This document shows, piece by piece, positions 30,147-38,525 of a stretch of DNA of 64,000 nucleotides. A program made the translations under genes and the position numbers. The notes under the pieces are model-generated. The model made no database searches and was not told the origin of the DNA. It was given only the letters and a program-made list of their open reading frames with translations. The stretch's first letter is position 1, and each line of letters opens with the position of its first letter. Source of the stretch: an uncultured Pseudomonadales bacterium (lineage in GTDB: Bacteria > Pseudomonadota > Alphaproteobacteria > UBA2136 > UBA6156); NCBI GenBank assembly GCA_964601735.1, contig CAZROO010000001.1, positions 52,093-116,092 of the forward strand, written 5' to 3'.

Positions 30147-32054
30147 ATGCAAGCTTTTTATTTCTTTGCGATATTCGGCCTGCTTTCCTCCATTATTGGC
30201 GGCATTATTGCGGTGTCCAACCTTACCACGCAAAGGCTGCGGGTCATGCTGCTCAACGAGGCGCACGAGCAGTTCCGCAGTGCCAACGTCATGCTCAACG
30301 GCCAGTATATCCCCAATTACCTGCAAAGCCCGCCTATTCCGGGTGCGGGCACCAGCACCCCGGCAGGCCCGTACGTCTGCGGCATCGAGGATATCCGCCA
30401 GATTCTCAACTGCAGCAGCGGCGTGCCCAAAGATCCCTGGAACCACGACATCACCGGCGTGGTGGTGCGCCAGATGCAGGCCATCGCCACCAAAACCAAC
30501 CTGGTATTCAACGTGCCTGTCACCGGCTACGCGCTGCTGTCGGCGGGGCCCGATGGCATCATCCAAAGCACGCTGCCCAGCAATCCCACCACTATTGCCC
30601 AGCTGACGGCCCTCACGCCCTCGGGCGATGACATCCTCGAAGTCTTTACCGACCAGAAAGGCCAGCAGGACAACGTCGGTCGCGTCGAGGGTGCCCTGAC
30701 CCGCATCGGCCAGGCCGCCATTCAGAATTATCAAAGGCAATTTGCCCTCATCGTCAAACCGAGCCTCGCCAGCATCTACGCCGCCGCGAATTTTGCCGAT
30801 ATCACCACACCCGCCGCCCAGAACTACTGGAAAACCTATGTGACCCAAACCTCCGGCACTCAAGTCGTCAACCTCACCTCGGGGTCGAACTGGACGGTGC
30901 CCTTGAACTGGCCCAACGATAACAACAAAATCGAAACGCTCGGTGGCGGCGGTGCCGGCGGCTACGGCGCGTATTTTGCGAGCGGCGGCGGCGGCGGCGC
31001 TTATTCGTCCAGCAATAACGTGGTGCTGACACCCGGTGCCACGGTCGCCTACCAGGTCGGCGCAGGCGGGGCGGCGCTGGCCTCAAGCCCCGGTGGCGCT
31101 GGTGGTGATACCTGGTTTAACGGCACCAGCCTGTCAAACGCCTTGGTCAGTGCCCAGGGTGGCGCTGGAGGCCAAATAAATCCCAGTGTTGTACCCCCCG
31201 CTTCTTCGGGCGGCCAAGCCATGTATGGCCGGGGTACTGGCGTTCGTACGTCCGGGGGGACCGGCGGTGTGGGTGCCTATGGCGGTGGTGGCGGCGGCGG
31301 GGCGGCCGGTCCGCTTGGCAATGGCGGCAACGGCGGCAGTTACGCCGGTGGCTCGAGCAACGGCGGCGGTGGCGGCGGTGGCGGCAACGGCGGTAGTAAT
31401 GGCGCCAACGATGCCCTTAATGCCTGCGCCGGTGGTAATGGCGGCAACGGCGGGCTCACCGGCACCGGGGGCGGCCTTAGCAGCGCCACCGTATGTAATG
31501 CGGGCACCAACGGCGGCGGTGGCTCCGGTGGGTGGGGAGGAGCTTGCCCCGGCGGTAACGGTGGTATGGATAATTACTATGGTGGCACCATCGGTTTTGG
31601 CGGCGGTGGTGGTGGCGGCGGGTATAACCCCTGCACCGCCAGCCCTGTTGCTAATGGGTCTGGCCGCTATGGCGGGGCGGGTAACTTCGGTGCTGGCGGC
31701 GGCGGTGGCGCCCCTAACACAAGCGGCGGCGCTGGCGGGCAAGGGTTTATCCGCATCACCTATACGCCGCAGGGTGACCGCGTGACGTTTAAAAAACTGC
31801 TCAACCCGAGCAACACGCTCAATACCTACGCCATCGGTGACGACGGCGACGTTGCCACTATCCAGCGCACGCTCGGTGACGGTAGCAATCTCACCCTCAT
31901 GGGCAGTGTCAGCGATTCCGATCCCACCAACAACGGCGTCAACGACATCCTCTTCCTGACCATCAGCACCACCACGACGCCGTGGCAACAGGTCACGCCC
32001 AATTGTACGGTCAATACGCCAATTAACTGTATGAAGGTGAAGGGAACCATATAA
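30147..32054 (+). CDS. pilin-like N-domain fused to a long glycine-rich domain (candidate tip/adhesin protein)
   Basis: Hydrophobic N-terminus. The SAGPDG motif also occurs in the PilV-like neighbour (SGGPDG). About 270 residues of GGxGG-type repeats. Confidence 0.5.
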   Translation: MQAFYFFAIFGLLSSIIGGIIAVSNLTTQRLRVMLLNEAHEQFRSANVMLNGQYIPNYLQSPPIPGAGTSTPAGPYVCGIEDIRQILNCSSGVPKDPWNHDITGVVVRQMQAIATKTNLVFNVPVTGYALLSAGPDGIIQSTLPSNPTTIAQLTALTPSGDDILEVFTDQKGQQDNVGRVEGALTRIGQAAIQNYQRQFALIVKPSLASIYAAANFADITTPAAQNYWKTYVTQTSGTQVVNLTSGSNWTVPLNWPNDNNKIETLGGGGAGGYGAYFASGGGGGAYSSSNNVVLTPGATVAYQVGAGGAALASSPGGAGGDTWFNGTSLSNALVSAQGGAGGQINPSVVPPASSGGQAMYGRGTGVRTSGGTGGVGAYGGGGGGGAAGPLGNGGNGGSYAGGSSNGGGGGGGGNGGSNGANDALNACAGGNGGNGGLTGTGGGLSSATVCNAGTNGGGGSGGWGGACPGGNGGMDNYYGGTIGFGGGGGGGGYNPCTASPVANGSGRYGGAGNFGAGGGGGAPNTSGGAGGQGFIRITYTPQGDRVTFKKLLNPSNTLNTYAIGDDGDVATIQRTLGDGSNLTLMGSVSDSDPTNNGVNDILFLTISTTTTPWQQVTPNCTVNTPINCMKVKGTI

Positions 32055-33217
32055 TGATACCCACCATGCGCCATGTTTTATCGCCCCTCCGCAAGGCCGA
32101 CGGTTTCTCAATGGCCGAAATCATGCTCTCGGTCGCGGTGCTGGCCATCCTGGTGTCGATCACCGCGCCGCCGCTCATCACCTTCATGCGCCAAAAGGAT
32201 GTCCGCGAGGAGCAAAGCCAGCAAATCCAAATCCGTGACGGCATGGCCGCGATGCTTGCCGCCACCGACAGCCTGCCGCTCGACACGGCCACCGGCAACA
32301 GCGCCTGGTATAACGTGCTGGCGCCCTACACCAACCTGTCGCCGTACCAAATCCAGTTCGACCAGTGGAACAAACCGCGCGCCTATATCATGATGGTCAA
32401 CAACCAAAACCTGCTGGGCAGCCCGGTCTCCATCACCTACGTTACACTGAGCAGCGGCGGGCCCGACGGCAAGGCTTCGCAAATCACCGATAAGAACGGC
32501 AACGTCATCGTTCCGGTCAGCGGCAACGCATTTGCGGCGGCTTCCGACAGCCACTGGTGGAAGTTCAACTCCACCAGTGCCCTCGCGGCCTTCGGTTCAG
32601 TGGGTATCTCCAGCACCACCACCACCGACGATATCATGCTCCGCTTCACCAACTACCCGGATAAAATCGCTGCCTACAACAACACGCTTGAGCGTCTCGG
32701 CAAGGTTACCGAAGCGCTCGAATCCTACAACCGCACCGCCTACGCCAACCGCGTCGTCGCCTGCAACAGCAACCCGTCGCCGACCGACTGCGTTACCAGT
32801 CCGCCGGATACCCAAATCAATTACCCGATGGGCTACGGCGTAACCACGGGCGACAGTTCGTCTCTCTATAACGCCACGGTCATTTCCGATACCACTACCA
32901 TCACCGGCGGTACGGGGTATATCTATAACGGCACCGGCAGTGCGACCAACGATACCGCCCGTCGCACCGCCATGATCAACCTCATGCGCTTGCTCGGTCT
33001 GCCGGACAGCTATTGCTGCAGCGCCATCGACCACTTCACCGATAGCAGCGGTGCCTGGCAGGAAACCCCGTTCTTCTATGCCAGCAATCCGCGGGCCCGT
33101 GCTACTATCTCTACCTGCGGCAACCGTTATAACGGCACTTCCGCCACCATTCCGCTGCCGGCCCGGCTGACCACCTACTACACGGCCGACGGCAATAACG
33201 GCGCCAGCTGCTTCTAA
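32054..33217 (+). CDS. minor pilin, PilV-like
   Basis: Canonical class III signal ..KADG/FSMAEIMLSVAVLAILV with E5; large variable C-domain with a Cys pair. Confidence 0.7.
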   Translation: MIPTMRHVLSPLRKADGFSMAEIMLSVAVLAILVSITAPPLITFMRQKDVREEQSQQIQIRDGMAAMLAATDSLPLDTATGNSAWYNVLAPYTNLSPYQIQFDQWNKPRAYIMMVNNQNLLGSPVSITYVTLSSGGPDGKASQITDKNGNVIVPVSGNAFAAASDSHWWKFNSTSALAAFGSVGISSTTTTDDIMLRFTNYPDKIAAYNNTLERLGKVTEALESYNRTAYANRVVACNSNPSPTDCVTSPPDTQINYPMGYGVTTGDSSSLYNATVISDTTTITGGTGYIYNGTGSATNDTARRTAMINLMRLLGLPDSYCCSAIDHFTDSSGAWQETPFFYASNPRARATISTCGNRYNGTSATIPLPARLTTYYTADGNNGASCF

Positions 33218-33219
33218 AA

Positions 33220-33549
33220 ATGGCCGAAGCCCTCTGGTACGTCACGGCCTTCCATCCGTGGCTGTGGCTGGTGCTCGGCGGCGTGCTGGGCGCGGTGCTG
33301 GGGTCGTTCTTCACCTGCGCCGCCTACCGCGTGCCGCGCGGCATCAGCCTGCGCAAGCCGGTGTTCAGTTTCTGCCCGTGCTGTAACCACCGCCTGACCG
33401 TCCCCGACCTCATTCCCATCGGCAGCTGGCTGGCGTTGCGGGGCCGGTGTCGCCATTGCGGCGGGGCCATTCCGCTGCGCAGCCTGGGGCTCGAAATCGC
33501 CGCCACCGCCGCAGGCGTGGGCCTGACGTGGTTGCTCCTGCATTTATGA
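33220..33549 (+). CDS. prepilin peptidase N-terminal (Zn/di-Cys) domain only; A24 protease domain absent
   Basis: GSFFTCAAYRVPRG...CPCCNHRL...IPIGSWLALRGRCRHCGG..IPLR matches the PilD N-terminal domain. The ORF stops at 109 aa, and only 74 nt remain before the next gene. Confidence 0.75.
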   Translation: MAEALWYVTAFHPWLWLVLGGVLGAVLGSFFTCAAYRVPRGISLRKPVFSFCPCCNHRLTVPDLIPIGSWLALRGRCRHCGGAIPLRSLGLEIAATAAGVGLTWLLLHL

Positions 33550-33623
33550 CACACCGCATCCCCCGCTGACATGGCGCAGCTTGGGTTTTCTCATCAAAAA
33601 GGGCAAAATCCGGCAGGAGAAAA

Positions 33624-35141
33624 ATGCCGATGCATAGCCGTATCTTGGGGTTAGCGATTTTACTGAGCACCACCACGCTGGTGCACGTCGCTGTCGCTCA
33701 AACGGTAACCGATACCCCCTCCAGCCCCCGCCCGGCAGACGACATCATCACCCCCGGCCAGGTGCTGCTCCACCGCACCGAGGCCGCACTGTCGCCGCAA
33801 ACCCAAACCAGTTGGGAAGACAAGCTCAAGCAAAGCCTGGCCGACGCCCAAGCCCTCTTCAAACAACAGTCCTCGGCGCAACTCAACCAGATGCGCGACG
33901 AAAACGCTCGCCTGCAACAGCAGCTCACCGCTCAACAGTTGCTGATGGCCGAAAGCGCCCGCGCCCGCGACGAAGCCACCCAGGCCAAACTGGCCGCCAG
34001 CGAAACCAGGTTCGACGCCCTGGCGCAAACCACCAACACCAAGCTCGAGGGCATGGCCCAGATCGCCGAAACCCAGAACAAGCTGAACCAGGTGCAACTG
34101 GCGGCGCTGGCGGGCGAGTTCGACAACAAGCTGCATTATTACGCCACCGAGCAACTGGCCCAGGCCCGGCGTGACACCGACGCCGCGCTGCAAAAGGTCG
34201 CCAAGGGCGCACGCATCGACGTGCTTGAGCTGCAAAAGCAAACCGCTGCCAAGCTGGCCGAAATCCGCGACGCCGCCAATCAAAAGGCCGAGGCGATGGC
34301 CGATGCCCGCGCCGCCGCGGTCGAAAAGAAACTCGCCGACGCGCTTGAGCAGAAAACCTCGCCTGAACAGGCCAAGCAACTGGCGCGCGAGCAACTGGCC
34401 GACGCCGCGCCTGAAATGCGCGCGCTGGCGTTGCAAACGCTGTCCGACTCGCAGGATTATATCAAAACCGTGGCCAAGGATGCCGTTAAGGATAACGACC
34501 CCGCAGTGCAGGAAGCCTTGCAGAATGCGGCCAAAAACGTCATCGCCAAGGATAACAAGGTTGTCTTCGCCATGCGCCAGGCTATGGCCCGGCAAATCGC
34601 CGACGAGGCTGCCGGCAAGCCCATCGAGGGTGTTGATGCGACAGGTACGGCGGGCAGCACGCTGGCCGATGCCCACGGTGAAACCCCGGCCATTCCGCTC
34701 GGCAATGCGTTGGGCGACGATGTGCAAATCGACCCCGCCAGCTTGCAAATCACCGCGCCGCAGGCGGGTGCCTCAGCCACGGTGCCGCAAATCCTGGCCT
34801 CGCTGGGCGGGCACAAAACCTCGTTGCTGCCCGCGCGCAGCCGCCGCGACTGGGTCGACCTCCGCAAGTACAAGGTGGTGGTCCACGAAGACGGTAAAAC
34901 GCTCGAAGAGCTGATGAACGAGGTCATGACCCGCGCCGAGCCCTTTACCGGCCCGTGGAAAATCAAATGGAAAATCAGCGACGAGAACAAGGATATCCTC
35001 AGCACCAAGTTCAGCCTCGATACCGAAACCAGCTTCGACGAGTTCGTCAGCTACCTGGCACAGTACCTGGTTAACGACCGCGGCGTGAAAATCACTTTCA
35101 GCCTGTTCGACCGCGACCGCGTGATAGTGATTAGCGACTGA
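33624..35141 (+). CDS. secreted long coiled-coil protein with C-terminal TcpQ-like domain
   Basis: Signal peptide, about 300 aa of Ala/Gln/Lys coiled coil, and a C-terminus ..WKIKWKIS...ITFSLFDRDRVIVISD. Confidence 0.5.
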   Translation: MPMHSRILGLAILLSTTTLVHVAVAQTVTDTPSSPRPADDIITPGQVLLHRTEAALSPQTQTSWEDKLKQSLADAQALFKQQSSAQLNQMRDENARLQQQLTAQQLLMAESARARDEATQAKLAASETRFDALAQTTNTKLEGMAQIAETQNKLNQVQLAALAGEFDNKLHYYATEQLAQARRDTDAALQKVAKGARIDVLELQKQTAAKLAEIRDAANQKAEAMADARAAAVEKKLADALEQKTSPEQAKQLAREQLADAAPEMRALALQTLSDSQDYIKTVAKDAVKDNDPAVQEALQNAAKNVIAKDNKVVFAMRQAMARQIADEAAGKPIEGVDATGTAGSTLADAHGETPAIPLGNALGDDVQIDPASLQITAPQAGASATVPQILASLGGHKTSLLPARSRRDWVDLRKYKVVVHEDGKTLEELMNEVMTRAEPFTGPWKIKWKISDENKDILSTKFSLDTETSFDEFVSYLAQYLVNDRGVKITFSLFDRDRVIVISD

Positions 35142-36646
35142 TGAAAAAAACTCACACTCCTCTTCGGCTTCATGCCAGCGAAGGCTGGCATCCACGCCAA
35201 AGCGGCGTTTCGGTTATCGCTATCCTCGCCTGTTTGACACTCACCGCCTGCGCCACCACCCAAACCGCCGCACCTGCCCGCTCGCCGCTGGTGCCCACGG
35301 GCGAACCCGGCGAGGTCATTGCCAGCGCCCACATGGCGCCGGTGCCGGAAGACAAATTGCACACCTACCGCGAAACCGACTGCGCCGGGCCCGGTCTCGA
35401 CGTCACCATCGAAACCGTCCGCAATGAAAAGAAATACCTGTTCGACAACCAGGGCCACCCCTGCACCCCGTCCATCGTGGTTTACGATGGCAACATGCCC
35501 GCCGCACAGCGCGCCCAGTCACAGGGTCTCGACCCCAACGTCGGCATCACCTTCCACGACAAACTCGGCCCGCTGCACGACGACACGTTCAAACCCGCGC
35601 CCCTGCTTAAAGTCACCACCACCGGCGGCCTCGTCGACGTCAGCGGCAGCAAGCCCGCCCCCACCCCGCGTGCCGAGGCCGACACCCTGGTCAAAACCCT
35701 CAACGCCTGGCAGGCCGACAGCCAAAGCGCCCAAAAAACGCTGGTGCAAAAGCACCTGCAACGCGAGCAGATGATGGCCGACGAAACCGCCCGCCAGATC
35801 GCCCGCGCCGGCAAGGCCGAAAACGCCGCCGAGCAGCAAAAGCAGGTCGACCTGCTCATGTCCCGGCTGCGCGAAACCGAACGCCAGTTGCAATCCGAGC
35901 AAAAAAACCACCAGGCTACGCTGGAAGAACAGCAAAACCAGGCCCAGCAAACCCAGGCCGCCGTCCGCCGCTTCCAAACCGACGAAGACGACCTCAAGAG
36001 CCAGCTTGCCGCCACGCAAGCCAGGTTGGCCCAGGTCGAAAGCATCAGCCAGCAACTGGCTGCCAGTAACGCCAAGCAGCGCGACGAATACCAAAAGCAG
36101 CTGGTGGCCATGTCGTCCGACATTAAAGCCGCCGAAGCCAAGGCCGACCAATCCCGCCAGCAGCTCATCTTCGCCGCCGCCAAAAAGGTCGCCGAGGCCG
36201 ACGAACTCGCTCGCGCAGCCTCACTTTCCGCCGCCGACAGCAAGGCCCGCGAAGCCGCCCGCCTCAAGGCCGAAGCCGACGCCAACCTCGACGCCGCGCT
36301 CGACCTGACTGCCGACGGCCGCCCGCGCGGCCTGCCCAACCCGGCCAAGGCGCCGGTGGCACTGGCCGACGTGCCCGTGGTCATCCACCAAAAAGACCAG
36401 CCGCTCGATGTCATCGTCGGTGCCATCCTCGCCCAGGCCGAATCCCAGTCCGGCAAATGGACAGCCGACTGGCAGCTCTCCAAAAACGCCCAGTTCATCC
36501 TCAAGGAAAAGTGGTCGCTGACCGCCGAGGCCCCGGTGCGGACGTTGCTCCAAAACCTCACCACACAGGTTAAAACCACACACAATCTCAATCTTAAATT
36601 CACCCAGTTCGGCCAGTCCCGCCTGCTGGTCATTACCGATGAATAG
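35141..36646 (+). CDS. lipoprotein with coiled coil and C-terminal TcpQ-like domain
   Basis: Lipobox LTLTAC, Gln/Ala-rich coiled coil, and a C-terminus ..WTADWQLS...LKFTQFGQSRLLVITDE. A palindromic element is inserted in the signal n-region. Confidence 0.5.
   Translation: MKKTHTPLRLHASEGWHPRQSGVSVIAILACLTLTACATTQTAAPARSPLVPTGEPGEVIASAHMAPVPEDKLHTYRETDCAGPGLDVTIETVRNEKKYLFDNQGHPCTPSIVVYDGNMPAAQRAQSQGLDPNVGITFHDKLGPLHDDTFKPAPLLKVTTTGGLVDVSGSKPAPTPRAEADTLVKTLNAWQADSQSAQKTLVQKHLQREQMMADETARQIARAGKAENAAEQQKQVDLLMSRLRETERQLQSEQKNHQATLEEQQNQAQQTQAAVRRFQTDEDDLKSQLAATQARLAQVESISQQLAASNAKQRDEYQKQLVAMSSDIKAAEAKADQSRQQLIFAAAKKVAEADELARAASLSAADSKAREAARLKAEADANLDAALDLTADGRPRGLPNPAKAPVALADVPVVIHQKDQPLDVIVGAILAQAESQSGKWTADWQLSKNAQFILKEKWSLTAEAPVRTLLQNLTTQVKTTHNLNLKFTQFGQSRLLVITDE
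35165..35197. repeat. 33-nt GAAG-loop palindromic element, in frame in a CDS
   Basis: CGGCTTC-ATGCCAGC-GAAG-GCTGGCAT-CCACGC; encodes RLHASEGWHPR in the signal n-region of the 35141 ORF. Confidence 0.8.
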
Positions 36647-36655
36647 TTGATTTTA

Positions 36656-36685
36656 TTGACATTTTTACCCCTGTCATCCTGTAAT
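36656..36685 (+). promoter_or_regulatory. sigma70-type promoter TTGACA-N18-TGTAAT
   Basis: Perfect -35 and 5/6 -10, about 85 nt upstream of the VirB2-like pilin gene; overlaps the CCTGTAAT octamer array. Confidence 0.5.
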
Positions 36686-36709
36686 CCTCTAATCCCGTAA
36701 CCCTGCTAA
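36668..36709. repeat. degenerate 8-mer array CCTGTCAT-CCTGTAAT-CCTCTAAT-CCCGTAAC-CCTGCTAA
   Basis: Read directly; related arrays at 43198-43242 and 43551-43594. Confidence 0.6.
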
Positions 36710-36770
36710 GGGGCTTGAAACCCCCAAAAACCGCCCCATACTAAAAAACATAAAAGGAGATAAACCTGTT

Positions 36771-37121
36771 ATGAAACGTCAAATTTTGTTCAGCGTTCTG
36801 GCCATCCTGGCCATGATTCTGGTCATGACCATCCCGGCCTTGGCGCAAGTCCAAAACGCCGCAAGTGGCACCGGCCAAAATCTGGCTAACGCCTTCAGCG
36901 ACCTGATTGGTTCCAACATCGCCCTGATTATCGGCGTGGCCATGGCCCTGTTTGGTTTGTACGAATGGCTGGTTGCCCAAAACACCGCCGTCGGTCTCGG
37001 CATGATCGTCTTCGGCATCGCCATCGCCTTCGTGCCCAATATCTTCCAGGGCTTGAAGAGCGCGGTCTCCCCGATCTTCACCAAGATTGGCGCCAACAAC
37101 GCGACAATGAATCAACAGTAA
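36771..37121 (+). CDS. VirB2/TrbC-like conjugative pilin candidate (with signal peptide)
   Basis: Signal peptide ..IPALA/QV, two hydrophobic helices, 116 aa, AAGGAGA RBS; a strong terminator follows. Confidence 0.55.
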   Translation: MKRQILFSVLAILAMILVMTIPALAQVQNAASGTGQNLANAFSDLIGSNIALIIGVAMALFGLYEWLVAQNTAVGLGMIVFGIAIAFVPNIFQGLKSAVSPIFTKIGANNATMNQQ

Positions 37122-37137
37122 CAATTAGTTCAACCGT

Positions 37138-37172
37138 AAAACCCCGCCGCTGGAACCCTCGGCGGGGTTTTT
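37138..37172 (+). terminator. rho-independent terminator
   Basis: AAAACCCCGCCG-loop-CGGCGGGGTTTT T. Confidence 0.7.
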
Positions 37173-37189
37173 AAATAAGGAAAAAATAC

Positions 37190-37474
37190 ATGGGCGCAAG
37201 CGAACTCAAAGCTCTCTGGGGTCTTGTTGGCAGCAATATCAGCTTGGTCATCAGTGTTTCCATTTGCATCATGGGGCTCTATCAATGGCTGGTGAAAGGC
37301 AATACCGGCTGGGGTATCACCCTACTTGTACTTTCCATGTTCCTGCCTTTTTTCACCAATATAATCAACGGCATCCAGACGGCGTTCTGCCCTATTATTA
37401 AAGACCTCGCCGGGCCTAGCGCCTGTGTTAACTTTACTACCGGTGGCGGCAGCAACAGTAATCTGCAAATATAA
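37190..37474 (+). CDS. leaderless paralog of the VirB2-like pilin
   Basis: LVGSNISLVISV..GLYQWLV..FFTNIINGIQTAF aligns with LIGSNIALIIGV..GLYEWLV..FVPNIFQGLKSAV of the upstream gene. Confidence 0.45.
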   Translation: MGASELKALWGLVGSNISLVISVSICIMGLYQWLVKGNTGWGITLLVLSMFLPFFTNIINGIQTAFCPIIKDLAGPSACVNFTTGGGSNSNLQI

Positions 37475-37479
37475 TCTAC

Positions 37480-37749
37480 ATGGAAGCCCGCCCCGTCCCC
37501 CGCAATATCGACGCCCCCAACCGCATGCCGGAGTACGGCATCAGTTTCGTCGTCACATTCTACGGCAGCATGTTCCTTCTCCACATGCCTACCATCAGCC
37601 TGGCGCTGGCATCCTTCGCGGTTTACCTCATCTACAAGTACACCCTCGACAAACCCGAAGGCCTGATGTTCCGCGCCATCTACCGCTATGTGCAAATCGG
37701 CCGTTTCCGCCCCACACCGGCCAAGGTCAAACGGTTTGAGGTCAACTAG
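37480..37749 (+). CDS. TraL-like (VirB3-like) protein
   Basis: 89 aa with a central hydrophobic hairpin, then the YTLDKPEGLMFRAIYRYV tail pattern as in F TraL; position before the traE-like gene. Confidence 0.45.
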   Translation: MEARPVPRNIDAPNRMPEYGISFVVTFYGSMFLLHMPTISLALASFAVYLIYKYTLDKPEGLMFRAIYRYVQIGRFRPTPAKVKRFEVN

Positions 37750-37823
37750 GCCTGCCACTCCACTAGGCGCTTAAACAGGCAGCGCCCCTTCCGGAATACA
37801 CATCCAGCCCGTACAGTGGGCAC

Positions 37824-38525
37824 ATGGATTTTGTCGCCCGTGCCGGAGCCATCATCGACCGCGCCCACCGTGTCGCGGGCATTTTGTTGATTGTGGTGAT
37901 TATCGAAACCGTCATTATTTTTGCGCTGGTCATGGGTAACGGCACACTCAGCCAGCAAATCCAAAGCATGGTGCAGCGGCGTGAGGTCTACGTGGTGCCG
38001 GGCAGCACCCGCGGCATCTATAGCCCGACCGAAGACGACCTGCTCATCAACGCCTTCGTCGATACGGTCACCCAGAGCTTCAACACCTTCACGTACGAAA
38101 CGCTGCAAAAGCAGTACCAGGAGATGACGACATTCTTCAGCCCCGAAATGCTGACGTTCTCGCAGGATTATTTCACCAAGCTCATCCGCGACAGCCAGGC
38201 CGATCGCCGCTCGCAATTGTTCATCCCCGACCACCAGAGCATGAAGGTCGAGCGTGGCTCCGAAAACGGCGTCGACACCCGCACCGTCACCATGCGCGGT
38301 TCGCTGCAAACCATCCTCGCGGGCAGCGTGGTCGAAAGCGTGCCTATCGAAATCTCGCTCAAGCTGCAAAAAACCATCATCAGCAAAACCAATCCGTTCG
38401 GCTTCCAGCTGGCGGCCTACAGCGCCCACAAGGTGGTGCAGCAGCAGGTGCCCGCACAGGGTGCCGCCACTATGGGTCAGCCGGGCGCGCTGATGGGCAC
38501 CAACCCCCAACCGGGAGCGCAATAA
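37824..38525 (+). CDS. TraE-like (VirB8-fold) bitopic protein
   Basis: N-terminal TM (ILLIVVIIETVIIFALV) and periplasmic domain, with traL-E-K order conserved. Confidence 0.55.
   Translation: MDFVARAGAIIDRAHRVAGILLIVVIIETVIIFALVMGNGTLSQQIQSMVQRREVYVVPGSTRGIYSPTEDDLLINAFVDTVTQSFNTFTYETLQKQYQEMTTFFSPEMLTFSQDYFTKLIRDSQADRRSQLFIPDHQSMKVERGSENGVDTRTVTMRGSLQTILAGSVVESVPIEISLKLQKTIISKTNPFGFQLAAYSAHKVVQQQVPAQGAATMGQPGALMGTNPQPGAQ

Noticed and set aside
30930-31740. Highly repetitive GGCGGCGG-rich DNA that could be mistaken for a CRISPR array or satellite.
   Set aside because: There is no regular repeat-spacer periodicity. It is the glycine-codon-rich part of a continuous 635-aa ORF.
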